IMG/VR virus record: IMGVR_UViG_3300020434_000055
Length of the DNA stretch: 64,000 nucleotides
From: a virus
Lineage: Duplodnaviria; Caudoviricetes
Reading direction: 5' to 3' (one strand)
Shown here: one piece after another, positions 1 through 9,014 of the stretch
Position numbering within the stretch: the stretch's first letter is position 1
How the letters are laid out: every line of letters starts with the position of its first letter
The notes under the pieces: generated by a model
The model's input: the letters and a program-made list of their open reading frames with translations, nothing else
Databases searched by the model: none
Told to the model about the DNA's origin: nothing
Made by a program: the position numbers and the translations under genes

Positions 1-1668
1 AACAATACTACAGATGCTCCAGTACAATCATACATAGATGATGGTGTATTAGGACAACCAACTTTCTCTGCAAGAGGAATTGACTTTGAAACTGCAAGTG
101 CAACAGTATCTGACGCAGGAAGCGAAAAAGTTATTACAGGTATTTCACAAGCAAATCCAATGGAAGTTACAGCCGTAGCTCATAATTTTGTTGATGGTCA
201 AAAAGTTGTATTTTCTGATATAGTTGGTATGACAGAATTAAATTCTGGTGTATATTTTTATATTAGATCTACAAGTGTAGATACATTTGCAGTTTACATT
301 GACTTTGATTTAAATAATGGATTAGATTCAACTAATTTCACAGCATACGTTTCAGGTGGTAAAGCAACAAGCTTCGGTGGATTTAGAGATGAATATCAAT
401 TTGGAAGATATCTTCAAGTAGAAGGATTAACAAAAGTACCTCAAGCAGGTTCTAATATAGAATTTGATGGCATTGGTTCTACAACATATCCTTATGCATA
501 TGATGTTCTAACTTCAAATAAAGAATTTTTAAAAGATGAAGTTGTTTCTTGGTTTGATAATACTGGTTATCCAGGTGTTCATTCTCAAGCAGAATTAGAT
601 AAGTGCGAAAGAGACGTAGGATATGAAATAGATGCGTTAGCACATGATTTAAAATTTGGCGGTAATACAGAAACAGTTAGGGTAGCAAAATTTTATTGGA
701 TTGGAACTAATACACAACTAGGCGTAGGTGAACAAGCCTATGCAGTTGCAGTTAATAATAAATTAAAAGAAATAATTAATGGTTATATTCTTACTAATAC
801 TGGTTGGTCAACAGAACAAACTCCAGTTGTTACTACTCAAACTACAACTGCATTTAATGGAGAAACTGGTACAATAGATAAAATTACAACATTAATTACA
901 AACTTTAATGATGTTATTGAAAATGGTTTAACATCATTACCAGCTACAATAGGATTAAATAATCCTTACTACAAAATAGTAAGTGTTAAAAATCAAGCAG
1001 GATCACAAGCTCCTTATTCAGCACTATTACAAATTAGTCCACAATTAAGTGTAGCACAATCACAAGAGCATGGTTCTCAAGTGACAATGAAATTTAGATA
1101 CAGTCAAGTTAGATTGACTGGTCATGACTTTTTGGATGTTGGTACTGGTGACACAGCTAACACCAATTATCCTGGAACACCTTTAAATGATCCAGATTCA
1201 GCTAATGAAGCCGTTGGAAGAGGTGGAGGTAGAGTATTCTTCTCCGCAACTGATCAAGACGGTAACTTTAAAGTTGGAGAATTATTCTCAGTACAACAAG
1301 CAACAGGTATTGCTACGTTGAATGCTGATGCATTTAATATTTCAGGATTACAAGAGCTTCAGTTAGGAGATCAAACATTAGGAGGCACTAGTGCCGCTAT
1401 TAATGAATTCTCCACTGACGGGACAATGGCGGCTAATAGTGATTCCATTGTACCAACACAACGGGCAATAAGAACTTATATCGCTTCACAAATTGGTGGT
1501 GGTGCAAGTTCTATTAACGTTAACTTGATAACTGCAGGATTAATTCAGATATCAGGCAATTCAATAAATACAACAACAGGAGTAAGCATCAATATTGCAA
1601 GTCCAGTTAATTTCCTTAAAGGGGTTAGCGGAGGACCATTGGCGATGAACTTCTTAATACATAGTTAA
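1..1668 (+). CDS. Virion structural/fibre-associated protein, 5'-truncated (frame open from base 1)
   Basis: Frame 1 has no stop from base 1 (NNTTDAPVQ...). It carries an ITGISQANPMEVTAVAHNFVDGQKV module, an NKEFLKDEV...KCERD...DLKFGGN helical module and a C-terminal GHDFLDVGTG...GRVFFSATDQDGNFKVG segment typical of T4-like marine phage structural proteins. Confidence 0.7.
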   Translation, partial: NNTTDAPVQSYIDDGVLGQPTFSARGIDFETASATVSDAGSEKVITGISQANPMEVTAVAHNFVDGQKVVFSDIVGMTELNSGVYFYIRSTSVDTFAVYIDFDLNNGLDSTNFTAYVSGGKATSFGGFRDEYQFGRYLQVEGLTKVPQAGSNIEFDGIGSTTYPYAYDVLTSNKEFLKDEVVSWFDNTGYPGVHSQAELDKCERDVGYEIDALAHDLKFGGNTETVRVAKFYWIGTNTQLGVGEQAYAVAVNNKLKEIINGYILTNTGWSTEQTPVVTTQTTTAFNGETGTIDKITTLITNFNDVIENGLTSLPATIGLNNPYYKIVSVKNQAGSQAPYSALLQISPQLSVAQSQEHGSQVTMKFRYSQVRLTGHDFLDVGTGDTANTNYPGTPLNDPDSANEAVGRGGGRVFFSATDQDGNFKVGELFSVQQATGIATLNADAFNISGLQELQLGDQTLGGTSAAINEFSTDGTMAANSDSIVPTQRAIRTYIASQIGGGASSINVNLITAGLIQISGNSINTTTGVSINIASPVNFLKGVSGGPLAMNFLIHS

Positions 1669-1682
1669 AGGAGAGAAAACAC

Positions 1683-2003
1683 ATGGCTTCAGGAAGATTA
1701 GGAAAAGCGGATTTGGTTGCCACTACTGATACTGTAGTATACACGTGTCCAGCGGATACATTTACCGTGGCCACCGTGTCTATCTGCAATAGAGGTAATC
1801 AAGTTATTACACTAAAAATGTCGGTGTCAGACTCAGGTACTCCAGATGCGTCAGAATATGTAGAATATGATACAGAAGTTCTGTCACACGGAGTATTAGA
1901 ACGAACTGGTTTAGTAATGAATGCTGGACAAAAGCTCGTTGTATGGTCTAACGCTGTAAATGTTAGTGCAGTAGTTATGGGTATTGAAACTGGTACTTCG
2001 TAA
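1683..2003 (+). CDS. Small virion protein following fibre gene (hypothetical)
   Basis: 106-aa beta-rich ORF with GGAGA SD, located in the structural cluster. Confidence 0.55.
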   Translation: MASGRLGKADLVATTDTVVYTCPADTFTVATVSICNRGNQVITLKMSVSDSGTPDASEYVEYDTEVLSHGVLERTGLVMNAGQKLVVWSNAVNVSAVVMGIETGTS

Positions 2004-2066
2004 TAATTACGTAGAATTAGCTTAAATAACATAAATAGTTAAAATAGATACAAAGGACATAGAAAA

Positions 2067-2399
2067 ATGGGAAGATATATATCAACAACTGGAACTGCTG
2101 GTGCTGTTACTAGAGAAGTCTCTACAACATACGCCGCATTAGTTAATGATAGAATTCTTGCTGACAGTACAGGTGGAGCATTTACAATAACTCTACCGGC
2201 AAATGCTGGTTTGTTAATTAATGATACAATTCAAATCATTGATGCAACATCTCAAACTGGCGTAAATGCAATAACTGTTGGAAGAAACGGATCATTAATT
2301 CAGGGAGTGGCAGAAGATTTAACTGTTGACTTACCTGGAGCGATAATGACTATGGTTTATACTGGTGCAACATACGGTTGGATCTTAGGTGCTGTATAA
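2067..2399 (+). CDS. Stand-alone tail-fibre-type domain protein
   Basis: DSTGGAFTITLP...IIDA...ITVGRNG.LIQG...DLTV...YTGATYGW pattern, familiar from phage tail fibre domains. AAGGA SD and an upstream TAAATA. Confidence 0.6.
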   Translation: MGRYISTTGTAGAVTREVSTTYAALVNDRILADSTGGAFTITLPANAGLLINDTIQIIDATSQTGVNAITVGRNGSLIQGVAEDLTVDLPGAIMTMVYTGATYGWILGAV

Positions 2400-2450
2400 G
2401 AATTATTATTAATTTTTTTACACAACAGTTTTATTTAGGAGAGTTAAGAG

Positions 2451-3440
2451 ATGAGTGCATTAAGCACAATGCTGACAACAAAAAAAGTAGGTTTTACCGA
2501 AGCCGAAGAACAGAATCTTGAGAAAGGAAGAATTTATACATATACTCAAGGGGCTAATTGGTCTAGACTTTGGTGCGGATTTTGTTTTCATCCTGAAGTA
2601 GCAGGAACAGTATATTTAGAATCATGGGGAGCTGGCGGTAGTGGCGGTAAAATGTGCTGTTGCGGTTTTGGCTTACCTGGTAACTCTGCGGCTTATGCCT
2701 ATAGAAAATTTGATCTAGGAGAAAATGGATTTATTTGCGGATGTACAGGTCAATCATGTGGTAATGCAGATACATTATGTCACAGAGGTTGTTCTGAACC
2801 AACGTTCATGAATATTTCTACTGGCTTAGGTGAATGTACTTGCGTTTGTACTCAAGGTGGTGCAGGCGGAGTTTCTTATTGTTCTACTAATACTTCATTT
2901 TATTGTTGTTTTGCGGCAAACGGTTTTTGTGCAACAAAAACTGATAACGATCACTGCGGATGGGTATGTAATATGTGCGATGGAAAACATATAGCTCAAG
3001 CATATTGCGGAGATGCAGGTTTTAATTGTCCAGGAAGAACTTCTTGTGTAGCGGCTTTTGGTTGTTACCCATTATGTATTTGTAATTTTACTCACTACGC
3101 ACCTACACCTGCAGGTATGTTTAGTAAAGAAGGAATGTATGTCGCTTTTAATACAGAAAACGATAACGGATTTTCATCATGGTCAGGACAAGGTGCACAC
3201 CAATTAGAAGCATCTTTAGGGGCTGGAAGATGGCCTACAGGTGGTATACCTTGGGCAACTTGCTGGGGAGCAAGTAAAGGTTGTCACTGTCAAATAGGTG
3301 AACCTTGTATACCTCACGTTCCAGTTGGAATGGGAGGACACGGATCAATGCCATGTCCACAAGTAAGAGATCACGCAAGTAGAGGAGGTCACGGTGGAGT
3401 ACGAATTAAATTTATTCGTAACGACGAACCGACTCAATAA
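2451..3440 (+). CDS. Cys/Gly-rich putative fibre-tip protein, paralogue 1
   Basis: WGAGGSG Gly-rich motif, CCCG, 31 Cys in 329 aa (hand count), C-terminal CPQVRDHASRGGHGGVRIKF; AGGAG SD. Confidence 0.6.
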   Translation: MSALSTMLTTKKVGFTEAEEQNLEKGRIYTYTQGANWSRLWCGFCFHPEVAGTVYLESWGAGGSGGKMCCCGFGLPGNSAAYAYRKFDLGENGFICGCTGQSCGNADTLCHRGCSEPTFMNISTGLGECTCVCTQGGAGGVSYCSTNTSFYCCFAANGFCATKTDNDHCGWVCNMCDGKHIAQAYCGDAGFNCPGRTSCVAAFGCYPLCICNFTHYAPTPAGMFSKEGMYVAFNTENDNGFSSWSGQGAHQLEASLGAGRWPTGGIPWATCWGASKGCHCQIGEPCIPHVPVGMGGHGSMPCPQVRDHASRGGHGGVRIKFIRNDEPTQ

Positions 3441-3452
3441 AGAGAGATTATT

Positions 3453-4466
3453 ATGCCAGCATCATCATTAACAGCATTATTACAAACGAAGTATGATTAC
3501 CCATTAGCTAATGAAACTAATTTAGAAACGGGACAGCTTTTTACATTTTATCCTAGTAATCAATATAGCACTAATTTTTGGTGTCATATTTGTTGGAAAC
3601 CACCAGCAAATGGTATAGCTACAATTGAAGTATGGGGTGCGGCTGGATCAGGTGCAGAAATGTGCTGTTGCGGTGGAGGAATTCCAGGCAATCCAGGCGG
3701 TTATTCTAGAAAAGTATTACCAGAATTTGGAGCATCTTGGGCCGATTGTTATATTTGTGCTCAGATAGGTTTATCTTGTAATAACACAGACGATTTATGT
3801 TACAGAGGAATGTCAGAACCAACTCAAGTTTGTTGGTTAGCTGGTGATTCCGATGGATGTATTTGTGCTCAAGGTGGTAGAGGTGGAACATCATTCTGCT
3901 CATCTAGTCCAGCAATGTATTGTTGTTACCTAACAAATGACTGGTGTGGTACACAAGCCGGTGGAGCAGGTTGCGGTATAATTTGTAATTACAGAGATGA
4001 TGGTGGTACAAATTATGACGGTGCAGATTATTGTGCATTTGCTTATGGTGGAGATGTAAACTGTTATGGCGGATTTAGTTGTATGTACTTTAAAAACTGT
4101 TATCCAAACTGTAACTGTAGACAAAATCCAGTAATTAGAATTCCACCAGGAATGATTTCAGAAAAAGGTGGACAAGTTCAATACGCAATGGATACATCTA
4201 ATCAAAGATCTTATTGGTCAGGAATGGGCGGAATTTTTGGAGTAATGGAACCATTAAATATGGCAACAAGAAATCCAACTCAAGGAGCTCCTTATAATGC
4301 TTGTTGGACAGGTAATGACTCTTGCGGATGTTATCAAGATCAAGGAGCAATTAACTTCTTCCCTGGAGGAATTCCAGGACAAGGTCCTACACCTTGCGAT
4401 GGTGTAAGAGATCACGCTTGGAGAGGCGGAAACGGAATAATGAGGATTAAATTTGTAGCTTCGTAA
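3453..4466 (+). CDS. Cys/Gly-rich putative fibre-tip protein, paralogue 2
   Basis: WGAAGSG, CCCG, 28 Cys in 337 aa, C-terminal CDGVRDHAWRGGNGIMRIKF. Confidence 0.6.
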   Translation: MPASSLTALLQTKYDYPLANETNLETGQLFTFYPSNQYSTNFWCHICWKPPANGIATIEVWGAAGSGAEMCCCGGGIPGNPGGYSRKVLPEFGASWADCYICAQIGLSCNNTDDLCYRGMSEPTQVCWLAGDSDGCICAQGGRGGTSFCSSSPAMYCCYLTNDWCGTQAGGAGCGIICNYRDDGGTNYDGADYCAFAYGGDVNCYGGFSCMYFKNCYPNCNCRQNPVIRIPPGMISEKGGQVQYAMDTSNQRSYWSGMGGIFGVMEPLNMATRNPTQGAPYNACWTGNDSCGCYQDQGAINFFPGGIPGQGPTPCDGVRDHAWRGGNGIMRIKFVAS

Positions 4467-4484
4467 AAAGGAGTAAATAGTATT

Positions 4485-5453
4485 ATGGCAACATTGAAAA
4501 AAATATTAGGTGAAAGAACAGCCGGAGGCGGTATAGAACAAAACATAGAAAAAGGTTATATCTATGCTTATTCTCCAGGTACTCAACATTCTAATTTTTG
4601 TAATGGAGTTTGCTGGACTGCACCTTCAAATGGTAAAGCAATTGTAGAAATTTGGGGAGCTGGTGGATCTGGTTCTCGTATGTGTTGTTGTGGTGATGGA
4701 TTACCAGGCAATGCAGGAGGTTATTCTAAGAAAACTCTTGCAATTACGGCAGATGATACTATTACAGCTTCTTTAGGAATGGCTTGTATGTCTCACCCAC
4801 TTTGTCACTCAGGTTGCGGTAGTCCAACTCAATTATGTTATGTAACAGCCGGTAGTAATGGAAATGGTTGTATGTGTGCTAGAGGTGGATATGGCGGGAA
4901 ATCAATGTGTACTACAGGTACATCTTTTTATTGCTGTTATTCCAACGAAGGATTTTGTTTCAAAAGATGTAACAATGACAATTGTGCATTAATTTGTAAC
5001 GTATGTTCTGGAGCATGGGAAGCCTTAGCATATGGTGGTGACGTAAACTGTTGTGGAGAAATAGGTTGCGTAAGTTATTTTGGATGTTGTCCTCACTGTA
5101 AATGTTTCTTTCAAAGACACGCACCTGTACCAGCAGGTATGTTTGCAGAAAATGGAGCGTTAATTACGTTCCAATCAGAATCAGATACGACTCCAATGTC
5201 GCAATGGTCAGGAAATCAATTATTCCAATATTATGCGTCCCTTAATTTGGCAACAAAAGCGCCAAGACAAGGAAATCCAAGATCATATTGTTGGAGATCA
5301 GACAGATCTTGTGGATGTTATGAATCACAAGGTTGTGCAAATTTATTGCCAGTTGGAGCTGGCGGATTAGGACCACTTGCTTGTCCTGATGTTAGAGACC
5401 ACGGAATTAGAGGTGGTCATGGAGGCGTTAGAATTAAATTTATAGCTTCATAA
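4485..5453 (+). CDS. Cys/Gly-rich putative fibre-tip protein, paralogue 3
   Basis: WGAGGSG, CCCG, 31 Cys in 322 aa, C-terminal CPDVRDHGIRGGHGGVRIKF; AGGAG SD. Confidence 0.6.
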   Translation: MATLKKILGERTAGGGIEQNIEKGYIYAYSPGTQHSNFCNGVCWTAPSNGKAIVEIWGAGGSGSRMCCCGDGLPGNAGGYSKKTLAITADDTITASLGMACMSHPLCHSGCGSPTQLCYVTAGSNGNGCMCARGGYGGKSMCTTGTSFYCCYSNEGFCFKRCNNDNCALICNVCSGAWEALAYGGDVNCCGEIGCVSYFGCCPHCKCFFQRHAPVPAGMFAENGALITFQSESDTTPMSQWSGNQLFQYYASLNLATKAPRQGNPRSYCWRSDRSCGCYESQGCANLLPVGAGGLGPLACPDVRDHGIRGGHGGVRIKFIAS

Positions 5454-5504
5454 TAAATATTAGTATTAACAGGAGTTAGATAAATAGTTTTATAGGAGAA
5501 CACA

Positions 5505-6161
5505 ATGACAGTTAGCGTAGCTTTTAATATTGAAATGCCAAATGAACCGTATGTAGATGATTTTTCAAACGGTGATGTTCATGCGTCAACATATATTGGA
5601 CATAAGTTTATTTCAGTTAGCGTAGATGCAGATGGATGGGTTATTAGTGTTTTATCAGAAGCAGATACAGAAGCAGGATTAGTAGAACAAGCTAAACCTA
5701 CACCTGAAAATCATACAGCATTAACAATTGATGGTACAGCAAATCCTTTTGAAGCGTCTTATGTATGTAGAAAATATACAACAGGTGCAGTAGCAAATTA
5801 CACAGAAAATTTAGGAACAACTGATGATAATGGAGATCCAGAAACGTGGGAATATACATGGCACGAAAACGGAGTTTTATCTCAAATTTACTTACACGGT
5901 ACATTAAAATACTCAGGTGGAGCATTTCAAAAACCTACAATGAGAATACACGCATTTGACCAAGCATCATTTAATGCATCAATGGGTCCTATGTCAGCAG
6001 GATTACAAGAAGCTCTTGATGCCGACTCGGCGAATCAAGTTTATTCAGCAGAGCAAAGACAAGCAATTATAGATCACAAAACATATGTAGATAACATTAC
6101 TACAAAATACGCGGCAGTTAAGCATTGGAAAGTTCCTTTCAAACCAATGCCTCACGTATAA
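5505..6161 (+). CDS. Hypothetical protein, possibly a fibre assembly chaperone
   Basis: 218-aa acidic ORF right after the fibre-like trio. Its C-terminal helix plus HWKVPFKPMP loosely resembles tail-fibre assembly chaperone ends. Confidence 0.4.
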   Translation: MTVSVAFNIEMPNEPYVDDFSNGDVHASTYIGHKFISVSVDADGWVISVLSEADTEAGLVEQAKPTPENHTALTIDGTANPFEASYVCRKYTTGAVANYTENLGTTDDNGDPETWEYTWHENGVLSQIYLHGTLKYSGGAFQKPTMRIHAFDQASFNASMGPMSAGLQEALDADSANQVYSAEQRQAIIDHKTYVDNITTKYAAVKHWKVPFKPMPHV

Positions 6162-6241
6162 TAGTTTAATACCTCACAATACAATTCAAAATTTTTAGGT
6201 AACAACATTCATACTTTATAAGTATAAGTGTTAACCTAATT

Positions 6242-7213
6242 ATGACTAAAAATAATCCAATATCTAGACCAAAAGCATTTTTTTTAAATGGAGGAATGGG
6301 CAGAATTATTTGTGCCATCCCTGCCCTTGAAAAATATTATGAAGAATCTGATGATAAAGATTTTATCATAGTAGTAGAAGGAATTCAAAATATTCTAAAT
6401 GGTCATCCAACTTTAGACGCTAGAACATATGATTATTCTCATAAAAATTTATTTCATACTAAACTTGTAAAAATGGATGTAGTAAGTTTAGAACCTTATA
6501 GAGTATGGGAATATTATAATCAAAAATGTAATATAATTCAAGCATTTGATATTTTAATTAATAATAAAGGTGTAAGAGAATTGCCTAAACCTAAAATTAA
6601 TTTGAGTAAAGAAGAATTAATGGCAGGAGAAAAAGCAATAAATGATATTAAAAAACAAATTAAAAAAGACAAAGTAATTATTATTCAACCCTTCGGTCGA
6701 GCAATTCAACAAATAGATAGTAGTTTTGTAGATAAATCTAACCGAAGTATGGAATTTAAAAATTTAAAAAATTTAATAAGAAAATTTCAGGAAAAAGATT
6801 ATGCAGTAGCTATAATGGCAGAATTTGGAATAGAATTTAAAGATGAAAAATATAAAGATGAAGTAGCAATGCCTGAAAAAATTGACTTAAGACAATGGAC
6901 AGCAATTATAAAATATGCTGATCAATTTTTAGGTTGTGACAGTGTAGGACAACATTTGTCTTATATAGTTGATACACCATGTACAGTTGTTATAGGACAA
7001 ACTTATCCTATTAACACATCATACCCTAAAACAAAAAATATTTCTATAATTGATATGGGACAACTAGAACGAGAATATGATCCAATAAGAATAACAGTAG
7101 ATGAAAGAGTTAGTAGACAAGGTGAAAAATTAATGTGGATGAGTAAAGAAATAGAAGATCTTGTTGTAAAAGTAGTATTAGGTGAAGAAACAATAGAGGA
7201 AGAAGATGAATAA
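6242..7213 (+). CDS. GT-B glycosyltransferase, GT9 (heptosyltransferase)-like, paralogue A
   Basis: N-terminal NGGMGRIICAIP, central IIIQPFG, C-terminal ADQFLGCDSVGQHLS...PCTVVIGQT (compare GT9 DSGxxHLA...PTVxLFGxT). Confidence 0.6.
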   Translation: MTKNNPISRPKAFFLNGGMGRIICAIPALEKYYEESDDKDFIIVVEGIQNILNGHPTLDARTYDYSHKNLFHTKLVKMDVVSLEPYRVWEYYNQKCNIIQAFDILINNKGVRELPKPKINLSKEELMAGEKAINDIKKQIKKDKVIIIQPFGRAIQQIDSSFVDKSNRSMEFKNLKNLIRKFQEKDYAVAIMAEFGIEFKDEKYKDEVAMPEKIDLRQWTAIIKYADQFLGCDSVGQHLSYIVDTPCTVVIGQTYPINTSYPKTKNISIIDMGQLEREYDPIRITVDERVSRQGEKLMWMSKEIEDLVVKVVLGEETIEEEDE

Positions 7214-9014
7214 AAAATCTGGATGGATTGCCGCAATTTCTAGAGGACATAATTCAGGAATATGTCTAATGAAAGATGGAGAAATTATTTTTGCAATTGA
7301 AGAAGAAAGATTATCAAGACACAAATATGATGGTGGTCCTTATATGAGTATGTTGGAAATATTAAAATATACAGACACTTTAGATTATTTAATTATAGCA
7401 CATACCCAACCATTAACTGATCCTTCTACTGGTAGAGTTGATTATACAGGTGATGATGTATATACAGGTTTAGCAAGAAAATTAGGATTGATAGATAGAA
7501 AAGTAGATTTAAAAAAACATCCTCAAGTAATAGATCTCAGTCATATTCATCACAAGTTACACGCCGCCTGTGCTTTTTATAGATCTGGATTTGATGAAGC
7601 GTGTGCGGTTATTTGTGATGGTGCAGGAACTTTTATGCCTATTAATAGTTCTCTTGTAGGTGATATGACAATGTTTGAAGTTGAATCTATATTTGATTGT
7701 TCTTATCCTAATAATATATTTACTGTATGGAAACATTATGGTACTGGTACAACATCTCCAGGTGCTCTTATGACACAACAATCAGACAAAATGGGAGAGC
7801 CTGGAAGAACTCATCAAGTATTATTGTCAGACAAGGCAGGAATTACTAAAGTTTATGAAGCAGTTACTCAATACTGTGGATTTTCTGCCATTGAAGCAGG
7901 AAAAACAATGGGATTATTTCCTTATGGAAAACCTAATGATAGAATCCCTAAACTTTTTCAACAAGAAGGAAGATTTTCACAATCTAATAGAAATGTAATT
8001 CTTCCTACATATCCAAATGCGGCTATAGTAAATGAACAAATGTATGAATATCTTAATAATGTACCTGAAAGTTGTTCTGATGTTTCTACATTAGATAATA
8101 GGAGAGATTTAGCATATGCTTGTCAAATAGAAACTCAAGCAGAATTATTAAAAGTAATTTACCAGGCTGTAAAAAGAACAGGTAGAAAAAATGTTGTATT
8201 ATCAGGTGGCTATGGATTAAATTGTGTAGCAAATTATTTTTATCTTGAATCTTTAAGAAAAGATGGAATTAATTTATTTGTTGAACCTGTGTCAAATGAC
8301 GCTGGAACAGCCATTGGAGCGGCTCTTTTATTTTATTATGCTTTGTCAGAGGATAAGACAAAAAGACCACTTACTACATTGTGTCAAGGTCCTGAAAGAA
8401 AATATACATTAGAACAAATACAAGAATTAACAAATAAAGAAGGTATTGAATTAGTAGATGCAAACGATAAAGATATAGTCAAATTAATGATAGAAAAAAA
8501 TATTGTTTCTATGTTTCAAGGAAAATCAGAGAGTGGACCTAGAGCATTAGGTAATAGAAGTATTTTATTTGATCCTACATTTAAAGATGGTAAAGATTTT
8601 GTTAATATAGTTAAACGTAGAGAATATTTTAGACCATTTGCAGGGTCTATATTACATGAACACGTACATGATTGGTTTGATTTAAGAGGAATGGAAGAAA
8701 GTCCTTTTATGATGTATGCTGTAAATTGTCAAGAAGGAATAGCAGAAAAAATTCCTAGCATTATACACATAGATGGTACTTGTAGAATACAAACAGTTAA
8801 AGAAGAACAAAATCCATTGTATTATAAATTAATTAAAGAGTTTTATGATCAAACAAAAATACCAATAGTGTTTAATACGTCATTTAATTTGGCAGGAGAA
8901 CCACTTGTAGAAACATTACAAGATGCTATATTAACTCTTGAACACTCTCTTTTAGAATATTTGTATCTTCCAGAATATGGAAAAATGATAAAGGTAAAAA
9001 ATGTCGAGAAATAG
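7206..9014 (+). CDS. O-carbamoyltransferase, NodU/CmcH/TobZ family
   Basis: All expected motifs present: GHNS...EEERLSR, HHKLHAACAF, CDGAG, GKTMGLFPYG, GGYGLNCVAN, NDAGTAIGAA, GPRALGNRSIL, KRREYFRPFA, HIDGTCRIQTV, NTSFNLAGEP. Confidence 0.93.
   Translation: MNKKSGWIAAISRGHNSGICLMKDGEIIFAIEEERLSRHKYDGGPYMSMLEILKYTDTLDYLIIAHTQPLTDPSTGRVDYTGDDVYTGLARKLGLIDRKVDLKKHPQVIDLSHIHHKLHAACAFYRSGFDEACAVICDGAGTFMPINSSLVGDMTMFEVESIFDCSYPNNIFTVWKHYGTGTTSPGALMTQQSDKMGEPGRTHQVLLSDKAGITKVYEAVTQYCGFSAIEAGKTMGLFPYGKPNDRIPKLFQQEGRFSQSNRNVILPTYPNAAIVNEQMYEYLNNVPESCSDVSTLDNRRDLAYACQIETQAELLKVIYQAVKRTGRKNVVLSGGYGLNCVANYFYLESLRKDGINLFVEPVSNDAGTAIGAALLFYYALSEDKTKRPLTTLCQGPERKYTLEQIQELTNKEGIELVDANDKDIVKLMIEKNIVSMFQGKSESGPRALGNRSILFDPTFKDGKDFVNIVKRREYFRPFAGSILHEHVHDWFDLRGMEESPFMMYAVNCQEGIAEKIPSIIHIDGTCRIQTVKEEQNPLYYKLIKEFYDQTKIPIVFNTSFNLAGEPLVETLQDAILTLEHSLLEYLYLPEYGKMIKVKNVEK

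Noticed and set aside
2451-5453. Diversity-generating retroelement acting on the Cys-rich trio
   Set aside because: No reverse transcriptase is in the window, and I see no near-identical template/variable repeat pair differing at adenines. The paralogues are diverged throughout.
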